From the NCBI GenBank assembly GCA_041750255.1, contig JBGSZT010000054.1, forward strand, positions 122 through 64,121: a stretch of 64,000 bases of DNA. Reading direction: 5' to 3'. The number at the start of each line of letters is the position of its first letter. The first letter of the stretch is position 1. A program made the position numbers and the translations under genes. The notes under the pieces were generated by a model, which had not been told where the DNA came from, did not search any database, and was given only the letters and a program-made list of their open reading frames with translations. Below, in pieces: positions 11,216 through 22,183 of the stretch. The DNA comes from Synechocystis sp. (GTDB taxonomy: Bacteria > Cyanobacteriota > Cyanobacteriia > Cyanobacteriales > Microcystaceae).

Positions 11216-11584
11216 GTGATTCAACAACAAACCTACCTCAATGTCGCAGACAACAGTGGCGCTAGAAAGCTCATGTGTCTTCGCGTTCTGGGAACAGGGA
11301 ACTGTACCTACGGCAGTATCGGCGACCAAATTATCGCCGTTGTCAAAGATGCTATTCCCAATATGCCCATCAAAAAGTCCGATGTTGTAAGAGCGGTCAT
11401 CGTCCGCACCAAGCAACCTCTGCGTCGAGACAGTGGTATGACCATTCGTTTTGACGACAATGCCGCCGTTATTATTAATAATGAAGGAAATCCCAAGGGA
11501 ACTCGGGTATTCGGCCCCGTCGCTCGAGAACTGCGGGACAACAACTTTACTAAAATTGTTTCCCTCGCACCGGAGGTTCTCTAA
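11216..11584 (+). CDS. rplN: 50S ribosomal protein L14
   Basis: [28 protein letters not shown]. Confidence 0.99.
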   Translation: MIQQQTYLNVADNSGARKLMCLRVLGTGNCTYGSIGDQIIAVVKDAIPNMPIKKSDVVRAVIVRTKQPLRRDSGMTIRFDDNAAVIINNEGNPKGTRVFGPVARELRDNNFTKIVSLAPEVL

Positions 11585-11934
11585 TGAGTAAGCCCAAAAA
11601 AGCTCCTCTGCGTTACAAAATGCACGTCAAAAAAGGAGACACGGTCCAAATCATCTCCGGCAAAGACAAAGGTAAGGTCGGTGAAGTCCTGCGGACTCTT
11701 CCTGGCGATAGCCAAGTGGTAGTCAAGGGAGTAAACATTCGTACTAAGCACGTCAAGCCCCAACAGGATGGAGAGTCCGGTCAAATTACCACCTACGAAT
11801 CTCCCCTGCATAGTTCTAAGGTCATGCTGTATTCAGTTAAGGAAAAAGTGGCGAGTCGTATTTGCTATACCTTTACTGATGATGGCCGTAAAGTCCGTAT
11901 GTTAAAGAAAACAGGCGAAATTCTTGACAAGTAG
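11584..11934 (+). CDS. rplX: 50S ribosomal protein L24
   Basis: [19 protein letters not shown] motif, [10 protein letters not shown]. Confidence 0.98.
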   Translation: MSKPKKAPLRYKMHVKKGDTVQIISGKDKGKVGEVLRTLPGDSQVVVKGVNIRTKHVKPQQDGESGQITTYESPLHSSKVMLYSVKEKVASRICYTFTDDGRKVRMLKKTGEILDK

Positions 11935-12005
11935 TCAATCCTTAGCCACCTATGTTTGATTATCAATTTATGCTCTGACCAAGCCCAGAGATCCATCCAA
12001 AAGCC

Positions 12006-12551
12006 ATGGCACAACGACTAAAAACCATTTACCAAGAAACGATTCTGCCCAAGCTCAGAGAGGAGTTTGGTTACACTAACATTCACCAAATTCCCAAGGT
12101 AATCAAAGTGACTGTTAACCGAGGCCTCGGAGAAGCGTCTCAAAATGCGAAGGCATTAGAGTCGTCCCTCACGGAATTGGCCACAATCACAGGACAAAAA
12201 CCCGTGGTTACCCGCGCCCGTAAGGCGATCGCCGGTTTTAAAATTCGCGAAGGAATGCCCGTGGGCGTCATGGTGACACTCCGTTCAGACCGGATGTATG
12301 CTTTCCTAGACCGTTTAATTAATTTAGCTCTGCCCCGAATTCGAGATTTTCGGGGTATTAGTCCAAATAGTTTTGATGGACGAGGTAATTACAGCCTAGG
12401 GATTCGGGAGCAACTTATTTTTCCTGAAATCGATTACGACACAATCGATCAAATTCGAGGAATGGACGTTTCGATTATTACCACCGCTAAAACCGACGAA
12501 GAAGGTCGTTCCCTGCTAAAGGCCATGGGAATGCCCTTTAGAACCCCATAA
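12006..12551 (+). CDS. rplE: 50S ribosomal protein L5
   Basis: [40 protein letters not shown]. Confidence 0.99.
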   Translation: MAQRLKTIYQETILPKLREEFGYTNIHQIPKVIKVTVNRGLGEASQNAKALESSLTELATITGQKPVVTRARKAIAGFKIREGMPVGVMVTLRSDRMYAFLDRLINLALPRIRDFRGISPNSFDGRGNYSLGIREQLIFPEIDYDTIDQIRGMDVSIITTAKTDEEGRSLLKAMGMPFRTP

Positions 12552-12638
12552 AACCATGTCTAGGAGTTACCGTAATTATCACCTAGTAATTACGAATCAC
12601 TGCAAAAGAATCCATTAGGAGTATCAACGTAAGGAATA

Positions 12639-13040
12639 ATGGCATCAAACGACACGATATCCGATATGCTCACTCGCATCCGCAATGCCTGTGCAGTGAG
12701 ACACACGACGACTGAAGTGCCCACAACCAAGATGACACGAAGCATCGCCCAAGTTCTTAAAAGCGAGGGATTCATTGAGGATTACACCGAAGTGGGAGAG
12801 GGAGTTAAAAAGTTACTGGTTTTGACCCTCAAATATAAAGGCAAGAGCCGACAACCTCTGATCAATACCCTCAAACGAGTCAGTAAACCGGGGTTACGGG
12901 TATATTCTCCCTCCAAAAATATCCCTCGGGTGTTAGGCGGCATTGGTATTGCCATTGTGTCTACGTCCCAGGGAATCATGACGGATAGAGACGCCCGTCG
13001 TCAGGGGATCGGCGGTGAAATTCTTTGTTACATCTGGTAA
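12639..13040 (+). CDS. rpsH: 30S ribosomal protein S8
   Basis: [29 protein letters not shown]. Confidence 0.99.
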   Translation: MASNDTISDMLTRIRNACAVRHTTTEVPTTKMTRSIAQVLKSEGFIEDYTEVGEGVKKLLVLTLKYKGKSRQPLINTLKRVSKPGLRVYSPSKNIPRVLGGIGIAIVSTSQGIMTDRDARRQGIGGEILCYIW

Positions 13041-13101
13041 TCATAGGTCGATGGCTACCGCTTCTCCATTCTTCTAAACTTTTACATCTACAGAACTGCT
13101 T

Positions 13102-13641
13102 ATGTCTCGTATTGGCAAACGTCCTATTGCAATTCCAGCCAAGGTAACGGTTGAGATTAATTCGTTACACTTGACAGTCAAAGGACCTAAGGGAACCCTA
13201 GCACGGCAACTTCCCGAGAAAGTAATCCTAGAAAAGTCGGGAGATATTTTAACGGTCTCTCGTCAAGACGAATCCCGCACAGCACGGGAACGCCACGGCC
13301 TGGTTCGGACTCTAGTGTCTAACATGGTTGATGGTGTATCCCAAGGCTTTGAACGCCGTCTTGATATTCAAGGGGTCGGCTATCGGGCCCAGGCCCAAGG
13401 CACTAAACTGACTCTTAACGTGGGGTATAGTAAGCCCGTTGAGATGCTGATGCCGGAGGGAATTCAAGTCGCCGTTGAAAATAACACTCAAGTCATTGTC
13501 AGTGGCATTGATAAAGAGCTGGTAGGCAATATTGCCGCCAAAATTCGTTCGGTTCGGCCCCCTGAACCCTACAAAGGTAAAGGAATTCGCTACCAAGGGG
13601 AATTTGTTCGTCGTAAAGCTGGTAAGACCGGGAAGAAATAA
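13102..13641 (+). CDS. rplF: 50S ribosomal protein L6
   Basis: [30 protein letters not shown]. Confidence 0.99.
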   Translation: MSRIGKRPIAIPAKVTVEINSLHLTVKGPKGTLARQLPEKVILEKSGDILTVSRQDESRTARERHGLVRTLVSNMVDGVSQGFERRLDIQGVGYRAQAQGTKLTLNVGYSKPVEMLMPEGIQVAVENNTQVIVSGIDKELVGNIAAKIRSVRPPEPYKGKGIRYQGEFVRRKAGKTGKK

Positions 13642-13644
13642 TCT

Positions 13645-14007
13645 ATGAAACACTCACGCAAACTTTCTGTTCAACGTCGTCATCGACGGATTCGCAAAGC
13701 AATTTCTGGTACCCCCGAGCGGCCTCGGTTAGCGGTTTTTCGCTCTAATTCTCACATCTATGCCCAGGTGATTGATGATGTGGCTCAACATACCCTAGCC
13801 GCTGCATCGACCCTAGATCCTGACATTAAAACTGAATTGGAATCCACCGCAAACTGTGATGCCTCGATCGCCGTTGGTAAACTGCTGGCCCAACGGGCGA
13901 TCGCCAACGGGGTTGAAAAAGTTGTATTTGACCGGGGCGGTAGTCTGTACCATGGTCGTGTCAAAGCCCTAGCCGATGCGGCCCGGGAAGCTGGCTTAAA
14001 TTTCTAA
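13645..14007 (+). CDS. rplR: 50S ribosomal protein L18
   Basis: [32 protein letters not shown]. Confidence 0.99.
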   Translation: MKHSRKLSVQRRHRRIRKAISGTPERPRLAVFRSNSHIYAQVIDDVAQHTLAAASTLDPDIKTELESTANCDASIAVGKLLAQRAIANGVEKVVFDRGGSLYHGRVKALADAAREAGLNF

Positions 14008-14037
14008 TAAAAATTCAAATTCTATAGGGGAGAAATT

Positions 14038-14559
14038 ATGGCAAAGCGTCGTAAAACTAGCCGCACGAAGGCCCAAGAAACAAATTGGCAAGAGCGGGTC
14101 ATTCAAATCCGCCGGGTTAGTAAAGTGGTCAAAGGGGGTAAAAAACTCAGCTTTCGGGCCATCGTCGTTGTTGGCAATGAAAGTGGCCAAGTCGGCGTCG
14201 GCGTCGGCAAAGCGGGAGATGTGATTGGTGCCGTCAAAAAAGGCGTTGCCGATGGCAAAAAGCAGCTCATTGATGTGCCCTTAACCAAATCAAACTCCAT
14301 TACCCACATTTCCAATGGGGTATCCGGCGGCGCCAAGGTCTTTATTCGCCCCGCCGCTCCTGGAACCGGGGTAATTGCCGGGGGAGCCGTGAGAACGGTT
14401 TTGGAATTAGCCGGGGTTAAAAATATTTTGGCGAAACAACTCGGCTCCAACAATCCGCTCAACAACGCCCGGGCCGCCGTCAATGCCCTAGAAACTCTCC
14501 GGACCTTTGCCGAAGTAGCCGAGGAACGGGGCGTATCCATTGAACATTTATATACCTAA
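14038..14559 (+). CDS. rpsE: 30S ribosomal protein S5
   Basis: [29 protein letters not shown]. Confidence 0.99.
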   Translation: MAKRRKTSRTKAQETNWQERVIQIRRVSKVVKGGKKLSFRAIVVVGNESGQVGVGVGKAGDVIGAVKKGVADGKKQLIDVPLTKSNSITHISNGVSGGAKVFIRPAAPGTGVIAGGAVRTVLELAGVKNILAKQLGSNNPLNNARAAVNALETLRTFAEVAEERGVSIEHLYT

Positions 14560-14615
14560 TATTCCGGCGATCGCTGTTTCACATTTTACCTATTTGGAAT
14601 CATCCATCAACCACC

Positions 14616-15056
14616 ATGCTTTTAAGTGAACTTAGCCCTAAAGATGGGTCAAAAAAACGCCGTCGTCGCGTCGGTCGCGGCATTGCCGCCGGTCAAGGCG
14701 CAAGCTGTGGCTTTGGGATGCGGGGTCAAAAATCCCGGTCGGGAACCGGAACCAAGGCCGGCTTTGAAGGGGGACAAATGCCCCTCTATCGTCGCTTACC
14801 GAAACTCAAGCATTTTCCCCTCTACAATCCTAAGTACTATACGGTGATCAATGTCGGTAAATTAGCCGATCTGCCCGCGGGCACTGAGGTCACCCTAGAA
14901 AGTTTGATGCAGGCGGGCATTGTCACCTCCAACGACGGGCCACTAAAACTCCTCGGCCATGGAGAATTATCCGTAGCTCTGGTGGTAAAAGCCGCTTGTA
15001 CTGCCGGTGCACAGGCCAAAATTGAAGCCGCCGGTGGGACTGTTGTCAGCGAATAG
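14616..15056 (+). CDS. rplO: 50S ribosomal protein L15
   Basis: [26 protein letters not shown]. Confidence 0.99.
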   Translation: MLLSELSPKDGSKKRRRRVGRGIAAGQGASCGFGMRGQKSRSGTGTKAGFEGGQMPLYRRLPKLKHFPLYNPKYYTVINVGKLADLPAGTEVTLESLMQAGIVTSNDGPLKLLGHGELSVALVVKAACTAGAQAKIEAAGGTVVSE

Positions 15057-15169
15057 TCTACCGTCTCCCTAGTTCGCGCCAGGCCTTGGCATCACTTTTT
15101 GCTCTTGGTTGGCGATAATAGACTCATCCTTAAGCAAAAACTGATAACAAAATCGCGGGTTAAAAAACA

Positions 15170-16498
15170 ATGGTTGTTAGTCGAGATAAAGCTCCCAGCG
15201 CGCAGGAAACATTCCTGCAAATGGCTCAGGCCGCAGGACTCCGCAGCCGTTTGCTGATCACAATTGGATTATTAGTGCTGGTACGTGTGGGCATTTTTAT
15301 CCCCGTACCAGACATTGACCGGCAGGCCTTTACCCAGGCAATGACCTCTAATTCCGTACTAGGATTTTTAGACATTTTTACCGGTGGTGGGATTTCCACC
15401 CTCGGTATTTTCGCGTTGGGTATTTTGCCCTATATCAATGCCTCGATCATCATGCAACTGTTGACAGCGGCGGTTCCTGCCCTAGAAGATTTGCAAAAAA
15501 ATGAAGGGGAAGCCGGACGACGCAAAATTTCTCAATACAGTCGCTACGTTGCCCTGGGATGGGCCATTATCCAAAGTGTCGGTCTAACGGTGGGCCTGCT
15601 TCGTCCCTACGCCCTCAACTATGGGCCTCTTTTCATTGTGCAAACGGTGTTAGCCCTGACCGCAGGCTCCATGTTTGTCATGTGGATTTCAGAACTGCTG
15701 ACAGAGCGGGGCATTGGTAATGGTGCCTCATTACTTATTTTTGTGAATATTGTGGCGACGTTGCCTCGAACCCTGGGCAATACCATCGACTACGCTCAAA
15801 CCGGTGGACGCCAAGCCATTACCCAAGTTGTTTTACTTTTGTTGGTCTTTTTGGTGATGATTGTCGGCATTGTCTTTGTCCAAGAGGGCACCCGTCGCAT
15901 CCCCATTATTTCTGCCCGTCGCCAGGTCGGTAAACGAGTCTATCGAGAACGCTCTAGCTACTTACCGCTACGCCTAAATCAGGGTGGGGTTATGCCGATT
16001 ATTTTTGCCTCGGCGGTGTTGATTTTGCCCTCGTCCTTGGCTAGCTTCTTTAACAATAATCAAGACCTCAGTTCCGTCGCTCAGATCCTCGTAGAAGTAA
16101 GCAATGCCCTGCGTCCGGGCACCTGGCTCTATACTATTGTTTATTCTTTGATGATTTTCTTTTTTAGCTACTTCTACGCCAGCTTAATCGTCAATCCAGA
16201 GGATATGTCGAAAAACCTCAAAAAAATGGGATCGAGTATTCCCGGTATTCGTCCGGGTAAAAAGACAGAAGAATACTTAGAAGGTGTGTTGAATCGTCTC
16301 ACCTTTTTGGGGGCTATCTTTTTGAGTGTTCTTGCCACTGTTCCTATTTTTGTGGAGCGGGCAACCGGTGTTACTACCTTTCAGGGATTCGGCGCGACTT
16401 CATTATTGATCTTGGTGGGGGTTGCCATTGATACCGCCAAACAGATCCAAACCTACGTGATTTCCCAACGCTACGAAGGCATGATCAAGCAAGATTAA
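15170..16498 (+). CDS. secY: Preprotein translocase subunit SecY
   Basis: FALGILPYINASII, GIGNGASLLIF, IPGIRPG, GATSLLILVGV. Confidence 0.99.
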   Translation: MVVSRDKAPSAQETFLQMAQAAGLRSRLLITIGLLVLVRVGIFIPVPDIDRQAFTQAMTSNSVLGFLDIFTGGGISTLGIFALGILPYINASIIMQLLTAAVPALEDLQKNEGEAGRRKISQYSRYVALGWAIIQSVGLTVGLLRPYALNYGPLFIVQTVLALTAGSMFVMWISELLTERGIGNGASLLIFVNIVATLPRTLGNTIDYAQTGGRQAITQVVLLLLVFLVMIVGIVFVQEGTRRIPIISARRQVGKRVYRERSSYLPLRLNQGGVMPIIFASAVLILPSSLASFFNNNQDLSSVAQILVEVSNALRPGTWLYTIVYSLMIFFFSYFYASLIVNPEDMSKNLKKMGSSIPGIRPGKKTEEYLEGVLNRLTFLGAIFLSVLATVPIFVERATGVTTFQGFGATSLLILVGVAIDTAKQIQTYVISQRYEGMIKQD

Positions 16499-16532
16499 GT
16501 CTGCAAACACCCTTATTCAACGAGCTAAGCTG

Positions 16533-17096
16533 ATGACACAAGGAAAAGGATTGATTTTTTTGGGTGCCCCCGGGTCTGGCAAAGGGACTCAAGCGCAAGT
16601 CTTGTCAGAAAATCTCAAGATTCCCCATATTTCCACGGGAGATATACTACGCCAAGCGATCGCCGATCAATCGGCGTTGGGTGAACAAGCCAAAGTTTAC
16701 ATGGACAAAGGTGAGTTAGTTCCTGACGACTTAATCCTAAACTTGATCAAAGAACGCCTCAGTGAAACCGATGCCCAAGTCGGCTGGATTTTAGACGGCT
16801 TCCCTCGCAACCAATCCCAAGCGGAGTTTTTAAACACACTTTTGGCTGAGATTAACCAAGAGGTGGGCTGGGTCATCAACCTCCATGTCTCCGATGACGC
16901 GATCATCCAACGCTTACTCCTGCGGGGGCGAAGCGATGATAACGAAGCAACCATTCGTCATCGCCTAGAAGTGTATCGTCAAAAAACAGCCCCATTGATT
17001 GCTTTTTACGAGGAAATTGGTAAACTTCATTCCATAGACGGCGATCGCCCGATGGCTGAAATTTCCCAATCTCTGCAAGACCTGGTCCAAGGCTAA
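16533..17096 (+). CDS. adk: Adenylate kinase (short LID type)
   Basis: GAPGSGKGTQ, HISTGDILR, LDGFPR, GRSDD. Confidence 0.98.
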   Translation: MTQGKGLIFLGAPGSGKGTQAQVLSENLKIPHISTGDILRQAIADQSALGEQAKVYMDKGELVPDDLILNLIKERLSETDAQVGWILDGFPRNQSQAEFLNTLLAEINQEVGWVINLHVSDDAIIQRLLLRGRSDDNEATIRHRLEVYRQKTAPLIAFYEEIGKLHSIDGDRPMAEISQSLQDLVQG

Positions 17097-17195
17097 GGTC
17101 ACTGGAGTAAGCCTAAGTCTGTTAAAATATTTTTAGACGGTTCTCATACCGTCTATTTTTCATGTCTTAATAAATATTAGGAGGTCAGGAACGGA

Positions 17196-17423
17196 TTGTC
17201 TAAACAAGATTTGATTGAAATGGAAGGAACTGTCACAGAATCGCTTCCCAATGCGATGTTCCGCGTTGATCTAGATAATGGATTTAATGTATTGGCGCAT
17301 ATTTCTGGCAAAATCCGCCGGAACTACATTAAAATTCTGCCGGGAGACCGGGTCAAAGTAGAGCTCACCCCCTACGATCTGACTAAGGGGCGTATTACCT
17401 ACCGTCTCAAATATAAGAAATAA
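17196..17423 (+). CDS. infA: Translation initiation factor IF-1
   Basis: [26 protein letters not shown]; TTG start. Confidence 0.98.
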   Translation: MSKQDLIEMEGTVTESLPNAMFRVDLDNGFNVLAHISGKIRRNYIKILPGDRVKVELTPYDLTKGRITYRLKYKK

Positions 17424-17487
17424 CCCTTGCCTAGCCCATAAAATATTGGTCTCTTTCAGACAATTGTGTTAACAACACAAAAAAAAG

Positions 17488-17516
17488 CTGACAAGAGATA
17501 ATTTTATTGATATAAT
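17488..17516 (+). promoter_or_regulatory. Internal promoter upstream of rpmJ-rpsM-rpsK-rpoA
   Basis: CTGACA (17488-17493), 17 bp, TATAAT (17511-17516) with an extended TG at 17508-17509. Confidence 0.65.
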
Positions 17517-17547
17517 AAGAAGCTTGCAGTGTTGCCAAAGAGTGGGC

Positions 17548-17661
17548 ATGAAAGTTAGAGCTTCCGTCAAAAAAATGTGCGATAAATGCCGCGTCATCCG
17601 ACGACGTGGTCGTGTGATGGTTATTTGTTCCAACCCTAAGCATAAACAGCGTCAGGGTTAG
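17548..17661 (+). CDS. rpmJ: 50S ribosomal protein L36 (Zn-ribbon type)
   Basis: Manual translation [37 protein letters not shown]; too short for the ORF track. Confidence 0.98.
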   Translation: MKVRASVKKMCDKCRVIRRRGRVMVICSNPKHKQRQG

Positions 17662-17734
17662 AACGCCGATCAACCTTCATTGAAACGAGTCTAAACAACT
17701 ACTACTAAATCAAACTGATAGAGGGAAAAATAAC

Positions 17735-18118
17735 GTGGCGAGGATAGCTGGTGTTGACCTGCCCCGAGATAAGCGTGTGGAAATAGCACTCACCTATCTC
17801 TACGGAATTGGTCTTTCACGATCTCACAAAATTTTAGCAGAAACCGGAGTCAACCCCGATACCCGGGTTAAAGACCTATCCGACGAGGAGGCCTTACTTC
17901 TTCGCACCAATATTGAGTCCAATTACGAAATTGAAGGGGATTTGCGCCGTTGGGAAGCAATGAACATCAAGCGTTTGGCCGACATTGGTACCTATCGGGG
18001 CCGTCGTCATCGTCAAGGATTACCCGTGCGGGGACAACGAACTAGAACCAACGCACGAACTCGTCGCGGACGTCGGGTTACCGTTGCTGGGAAGAAAAAG
18101 ACTCCAGCCAAAAAATAA
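17735..18118 (+). CDS. rpsM: 30S ribosomal protein S13
   Basis: [34 protein letters not shown]. Confidence 0.99.
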   Translation: MARIAGVDLPRDKRVEIALTYLYGIGLSRSHKILAETGVNPDTRVKDLSDEEALLLRTNIESNYEIEGDLRRWEAMNIKRLADIGTYRGRRHRQGLPVRGQRTRTNARTRRGRRVTVAGKKKTPAKK

Positions 18119-18166
18119 TTCTTTTACCATTGCAATTCTATTCAGTAGAGAGTTCGAGCTACAACT

Positions 18167-18559
18167 ATGGCGCGTCCAACCAAGAAAAGCGGCCCCAAGA
18201 AACAGAAAAAAAATGTTCCCAGTGGTGTCGCTCATATTCAATCAACGTTTAACAACACTATCGTCACCATTTCTGATATCCGGGGTGATGTCATCTCCTG
18301 GGCATCGGCCGGGTCTAGTGGATTTAAAGGAGCCAAAAAAGGAACTCCCTACGCCGCTCAAACAGCGGCTGACAACGCCGCTCGGCGTGCTATTGACCAG
18401 GGAATGAGACAACTCGAGGTGATGGTGAGCGGTCCTGGTGCAGGGCGTGAAACTGCTATCCGAGCTCTTCAGGGTGCTGGGCTAGAAATTACTGTCATTC
18501 GAGATGTGACTCCCATTCCTCATAATGGATGTCGTCCGCCAAAACGCCGGAGAGTGTAG
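18167..18559 (+). CDS. rpsK: 30S ribosomal protein S11
   Basis: [39 protein letters not shown]. Confidence 0.99.
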   Translation: MARPTKKSGPKKQKKNVPSGVAHIQSTFNNTIVTISDIRGDVISWASAGSSGFKGAKKGTPYAAQTAADNAARRAIDQGMRQLEVMVSGPGAGRETAIRALQGAGLEITVIRDVTPIPHNGCRPPKRRRV

Positions 18560-18700
18560 CAATTCTTCTGATCATAGTGTTGTCGTTCCTGGTCAGTCGT
18601 TGAACCATGAATCGACGCCTTATTGACAGACAGTTGATACCAATACTTAATTGATACCGGACATGGGCCAACGTAAGGATAGAGAAGGGAGATCACGACT

Positions 18701-19645
18701 GTGACGCAGTTTCAGATTGAGTGTGTGGAATCCACCACTAAAAAAAATCAAAGTCAGTACAGCAAATTTGTTCTTGAACCCCTAGACCGGGGACAGGGAA
18801 TTACCGTCGGCAATGCCCTGAGACGAGTTTTGTTGTCTAATTTGCCGGGTGCCGCGGTTACCGCGATCCGCATCGCTGGCGTCAATCATGAATTTGCGAC
18901 AATTTCTGGTGTCAGAGAAGATGTCTTGGAAATCATGCTCAACATGAAAGAAGTCATTTTCAAATGCTATTCTGATCAACCTCAAATTGGTCGTTTGGTG
19001 GCAACTGGCCCCGTGACGGTGACCGCAGGACAGTTTGATGTCCCTTCAGAATTGGAGGTGATTGATCCAAACCAATACGTCGCCACGCTGGTTGAGGGTG
19101 CCAAGTTGGAAATGGAATTTCGGGTCGAAATGGGAACGGGCTACCGAGCCATTGAACGAAGCAAGGATGAGACATCGTCCCTAGATTTTCTTCAGATTGA
19201 TTCTGTATTTATGCCCGTCACTAAGGTTAATTACAGTGTTGATGAACTTCGCTTGGATGGACTAGGCATTAAAGACCGCTTAACCCTGGAAATTTGGACC
19301 AATGGTAGTGTCCATCCCCGAGAAGCGCTTTCGGAAGCGTCCGAGATTATTGCCGAGCTCTTTATCCCTTTAAAAGACCTGAATGAGTTGGAAACGACTC
19401 AAAGTGATTATCAAGATGAAATTAACCCGGAAAGTCAAATTCCCATTGAGGAGCTCCAATTGTCTGTCCGAGCTTACAATTGCCTGAAGCGAGCTCAGAT
19501 CAATTCGGTGGCAGATCTCCTGGATTACAGCCAAGAAGACCTGCTTGAGATCAAAAACTTTGGTCAAAAATCAGCGGAAGAGGTAATTGAGGCACTACAA
19601 AAACGCCTGGGAATTACCTTGCCCTTAGAAAAGGCTAAGGCATAG
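18701..19645 (+). CDS. rpoA: RNA polymerase alpha subunit
   Basis: EPLDRGQGITVGNALRRVLLS, HEFATISGVREDV, LSVRAYNCLKRA. Confidence 0.99.
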   Translation: MTQFQIECVESTTKKNQSQYSKFVLEPLDRGQGITVGNALRRVLLSNLPGAAVTAIRIAGVNHEFATISGVREDVLEIMLNMKEVIFKCYSDQPQIGRLVATGPVTVTAGQFDVPSELEVIDPNQYVATLVEGAKLEMEFRVEMGTGYRAIERSKDETSSLDFLQIDSVFMPVTKVNYSVDELRLDGLGIKDRLTLEIWTNGSVHPREALSEASEIIAELFIPLKDLNELETTQSDYQDEINPESQIPIEELQLSVRAYNCLKRAQINSVADLLDYSQEDLLEIKNFGQKSAEEVIEALQKRLGITLPLEKAKA

Positions 19646-19724
19646 GCTTTGATACTTCCTCGTTAACGGCTCATTTATCGATAATCAATACTACTTTTCA
19701 ATGTAATTTTTAGGAGATACGATC

Positions 19725-20075
19725 ATGCGACACGGATGTCGAGTTCCTCTACTGGGTAAGCCCGCTGACCAACGCAAGGCACTTTTGCGGTCCTTGGCAA
19801 CGGAGCTACTCCGCCATGGACAAATAAAAACGACCAAAACTAGAGCGAAGGCCGTTAGATCTGAAGTCGAACGGATGATTACCTTGGCCAAGGATGGTTC
19901 TCTAGCGGCACGACGCCGGGCCCTGGGCTACATCTTTGATAAGGGTTTAGTCCATGCTCTGTTTGCCGAAGCTAATGAGCGGTATAAAGACCGCAACGGT
20001 GGCTACACCCGGGTAGTGCGGACCCTCCGTCGTCGGGGTGATAATGCAGAAATGGCTATTATCGAATTAATGTAA
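19725..20075 (+). CDS. rplQ: 50S ribosomal protein L17
   Basis: [27 protein letters not shown]. Confidence 0.99.
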   Translation: MRHGCRVPLLGKPADQRKALLRSLATELLRHGQIKTTKTRAKAVRSEVERMITLAKDGSLAARRRALGYIFDKGLVHALFAEANERYKDRNGGYTRVVRTLRRRGDNAEMAIIELM

Positions 20076-20096
20076 GCGAGGGAGTTAGCGTTAGTT

Positions 20097-20927
20097 GTGA
20101 CCTGTTTGTCTTCCCCAGTCCACCATCGTGTTGCCCTACTGATTCAGTATGTGGGCACAGATTTCCATGGCTGGCAACGGCAACCTCAGCTACGCTCGGT
20201 GCAGGGAGAAATTGAAACGGCGATCGCCGCCATTGTCGGTCAGCCAGTCTCGCTACACGGGGCCGGGCGAACAGATACGGGAGTCCACGCGGCGGCCCAG
20301 GTCGCTCATTTTGACCTCTCGGATACCCCTATTCCCCCGGATCGCTGGGCGGTGGTGCTGAATACTCGACTGCCGGAGGATATTTTTATCCGGGCATCGG
20401 TGCCGGTTCCCTCGACCTGGCACGCTCGTTTTTCAGCGCGCTGGCGGCGCTACCGCTACACAATCTATACTGATCAATGGACTAATTTGTTTGTACGTCA
20501 GTTTAGTTGGCACTACTACCATGCCCCCCTACAAGAAAGCTTGATTCAAACGGCATTAATGTCCTTAATTGGCAAACACCATCTGGCGGCCTTCCATCGG
20601 GCGGGGTCTAACCGTCCCCATTCTTGGGTAGAGGTTCAGAGTGCAGAATGCTATCGAAAAGGGCCCATGATCCAGTTGGAAATTCAAGCCAGCGGCTTTC
20701 TCTACGGCATGGTTCGCCTTTTAGTCGGTGTGTTGGTGGATGTAGGCGCGGGTCGGCGATCGCCAGAACAGTTTGCCGATCTTTGGATGAATGAAAAACG
20801 AGACGCGGTCAAATATGCGGCGCCGGCTCGGGGGCTTTGCCTTTTGAGGGTCGGCTATCCCGAAAACCTCTTTCCTGCCAGTCTTTGGTTTGATAGTCAA
20901 CCATTGTTTTGTTTTAACTCAGGCTAA
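20097..20927 (+). CDS. truA: tRNA pseudouridine(38-40) synthase
   Basis: YVGTDFHGWQRQ, GAGRTDTGVHA, GFLYGMVR, APARGLCL. Confidence 0.97.
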   Translation: MTCLSSPVHHRVALLIQYVGTDFHGWQRQPQLRSVQGEIETAIAAIVGQPVSLHGAGRTDTGVHAAAQVAHFDLSDTPIPPDRWAVVLNTRLPEDIFIRASVPVPSTWHARFSARWRRYRYTIYTDQWTNLFVRQFSWHYYHAPLQESLIQTALMSLIGKHHLAAFHRAGSNRPHSWVEVQSAECYRKGPMIQLEIQASGFLYGMVRLLVGVLVDVGAGRRSPEQFADLWMNEKRDAVKYAAPARGLCLLRVGYPENLFPASLWFDSQPLFCFNSG

Positions 20928-20972
20928 GCTCTGGGCTTTTTCTTTCCTTCAGATTTTTTAGTTGTTAATCCC

Positions 20973-21428
20973 ATGAATAAAACCATACTTCCCAATCTCG
21001 ATACCCTAGACCACAAATGGTATGTCATTGATGCCTCAGAGCAACGCCTGGGTCGCCTAGCAACGGAGGTTGCCTCCATTTTACGGGGTAAAAATAAACC
21101 GACCTTTACCCCCCACATCGATACCGGTGACTTTGTCATTATTGTCAATGCCGAAAAAATTGAGGTCACCGGCCGGAAACGAGAACAAAAACTCTATCGT
21201 CGCCATTCCGGTCGTCCGGGGGGGATGAAAATTGAAACCTTTGATAAACTACAAGCTCGCATTCCCGAGCGGATTGTTGAAAAAGCAATTAAGGGTATGC
21301 TCCCCAAAAATTCCCTGGGGCGTAAGTTGTTTACCAAGCTGAAAGTCTACGCTGGCCCTAGCCATCCCCACCAAGCTCAAAACCCTGAAACTCTGATTGT
21401 TAACACGATTCCCACGGGAGATAATTAA
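20973..21428 (+). CDS. rplM: 50S ribosomal protein L13
   Basis: [32 protein letters not shown]. Confidence 0.99.
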   Translation: MNKTILPNLDTLDHKWYVIDASEQRLGRLATEVASILRGKNKPTFTPHIDTGDFVIIVNAEKIEVTGRKREQKLYRRHSGRPGGMKIETFDKLQARIPERIVEKAIKGMLPKNSLGRKLFTKLKVYAGPSHPHQAQNPETLIVNTIPTGDN

Positions 21429-21841
21429 TGCAAGTTACTGATACCAAAAATAAAGTTGTCTATTGGGGGACGGGCCGTCGCAAAGAGGCGATCGCCAGAG
21501 TCCGTCTCGTTCCTGGCCCTGGGGAAATCACTGTCAACGGCAAGCCCGGTAATATTTACTTCAACCAAATTGCCAACTACCTCCAGAGCATCAAAGCGCC
21601 CTTGGAAACCTTGGGATTGGAGAATGAATACAATATTTTGGTCAACGCCTCCGGGGGGGGACTGACCGGCCAAGCCGATGCCGTCAAACTTGGCGTAGCT
21701 CGCGCCCTTTGCCAACTTTCCCCCGAAAATCGCCAGCCCTTAAAAGCCGAAGGCTATTTGACCCGTGACCCCCGCGCCAAAGAGCGGAAAAAATACGGTC
21801 TACACAAAGCCCGCAAAGCCCCTCAGTACTCCAAACGTTAG
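21428..21841 (+). CDS. rpsI: 30S ribosomal protein S9
   Basis: [39 protein letters not shown]. Confidence 0.99.
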   Translation: MQVTDTKNKVVYWGTGRRKEAIARVRLVPGPGEITVNGKPGNIYFNQIANYLQSIKAPLETLGLENEYNILVNASGGGLTGQADAVKLGVARALCQLSPENRQPLKAEGYLTRDPRAKERKKYGLHKARKAPQYSKR

Positions 21842-21862
21842 ATATTTTCGAGGAAATCTACT

Positions 21863-22132
21863 ATGCCCAAAGCCGATATCCATCCTACCTGGTATCCCGA
21901 TGCCAAGGTTATGTGTAACGGGGAGCTGGTCTTAACCGTCGGTTCCACCAAACCTGTCATTAACGTGGAAGTTTGGTCAGGCAACCATCCTTTCTACACC
22001 GGTACCCAGAAAATCATTGACACCGAAGGTCGGGTTGACCGCTTCATGCGTAAGTATGGTATGCGAGACAAGAGCCAAGCCGCCACCGAAAAAGCTAATG
22101 CCGATAAAAAAGCAGATACCGACAAAGAATAA
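21863..22132 (+). CDS. rpmE: 50S ribosomal protein L31
   Basis: IHPTWY, HPFYTG, EGRVDRF; Lys/Ala/Asp-rich tail. Confidence 0.98.
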   Translation: MPKADIHPTWYPDAKVMCNGELVLTVGSTKPVINVEVWSGNHPFYTGTQKIIDTEGRVDRFMRKYGMRDKSQAATEKANADKKADTDKE

Positions 22133-22149
22133 GTCGGTTCTTTGTGCTT

Positions 22150-22178
22150 AAATCCTCCAAATACGGGGGATTTTTTTT
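22150..22178 (+). terminator. Rho-independent terminator of the ribosomal cluster
   Basis: AAATCCTCC-AAATAC-GGGGGATTT stem-loop followed by a T run. Confidence 0.85.
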
Positions 22179-22183
22179 GTCCT

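Noticed and set aside
18560-18700. 140-bp gap between rpsK and rpoA checked for a tRNA or small ORF
   Set aside because: No cloverleaf, T-loop motif or credible ORF
6298-21715. Numerous antisense and alternate-frame ORFs over ribosomal protein genes, including 17431-17673 opposite rpmJ
   Set aside because: Expected shadow ORFs of highly conserved, codon-biased genes
6283-22132. Absence of rpsJ, rpsN, rpmD and rpsD from the S10-spc-alpha cluster
   Set aside because: Normal cyanobacterial arrangement; these genes lie elsewhere or are absent
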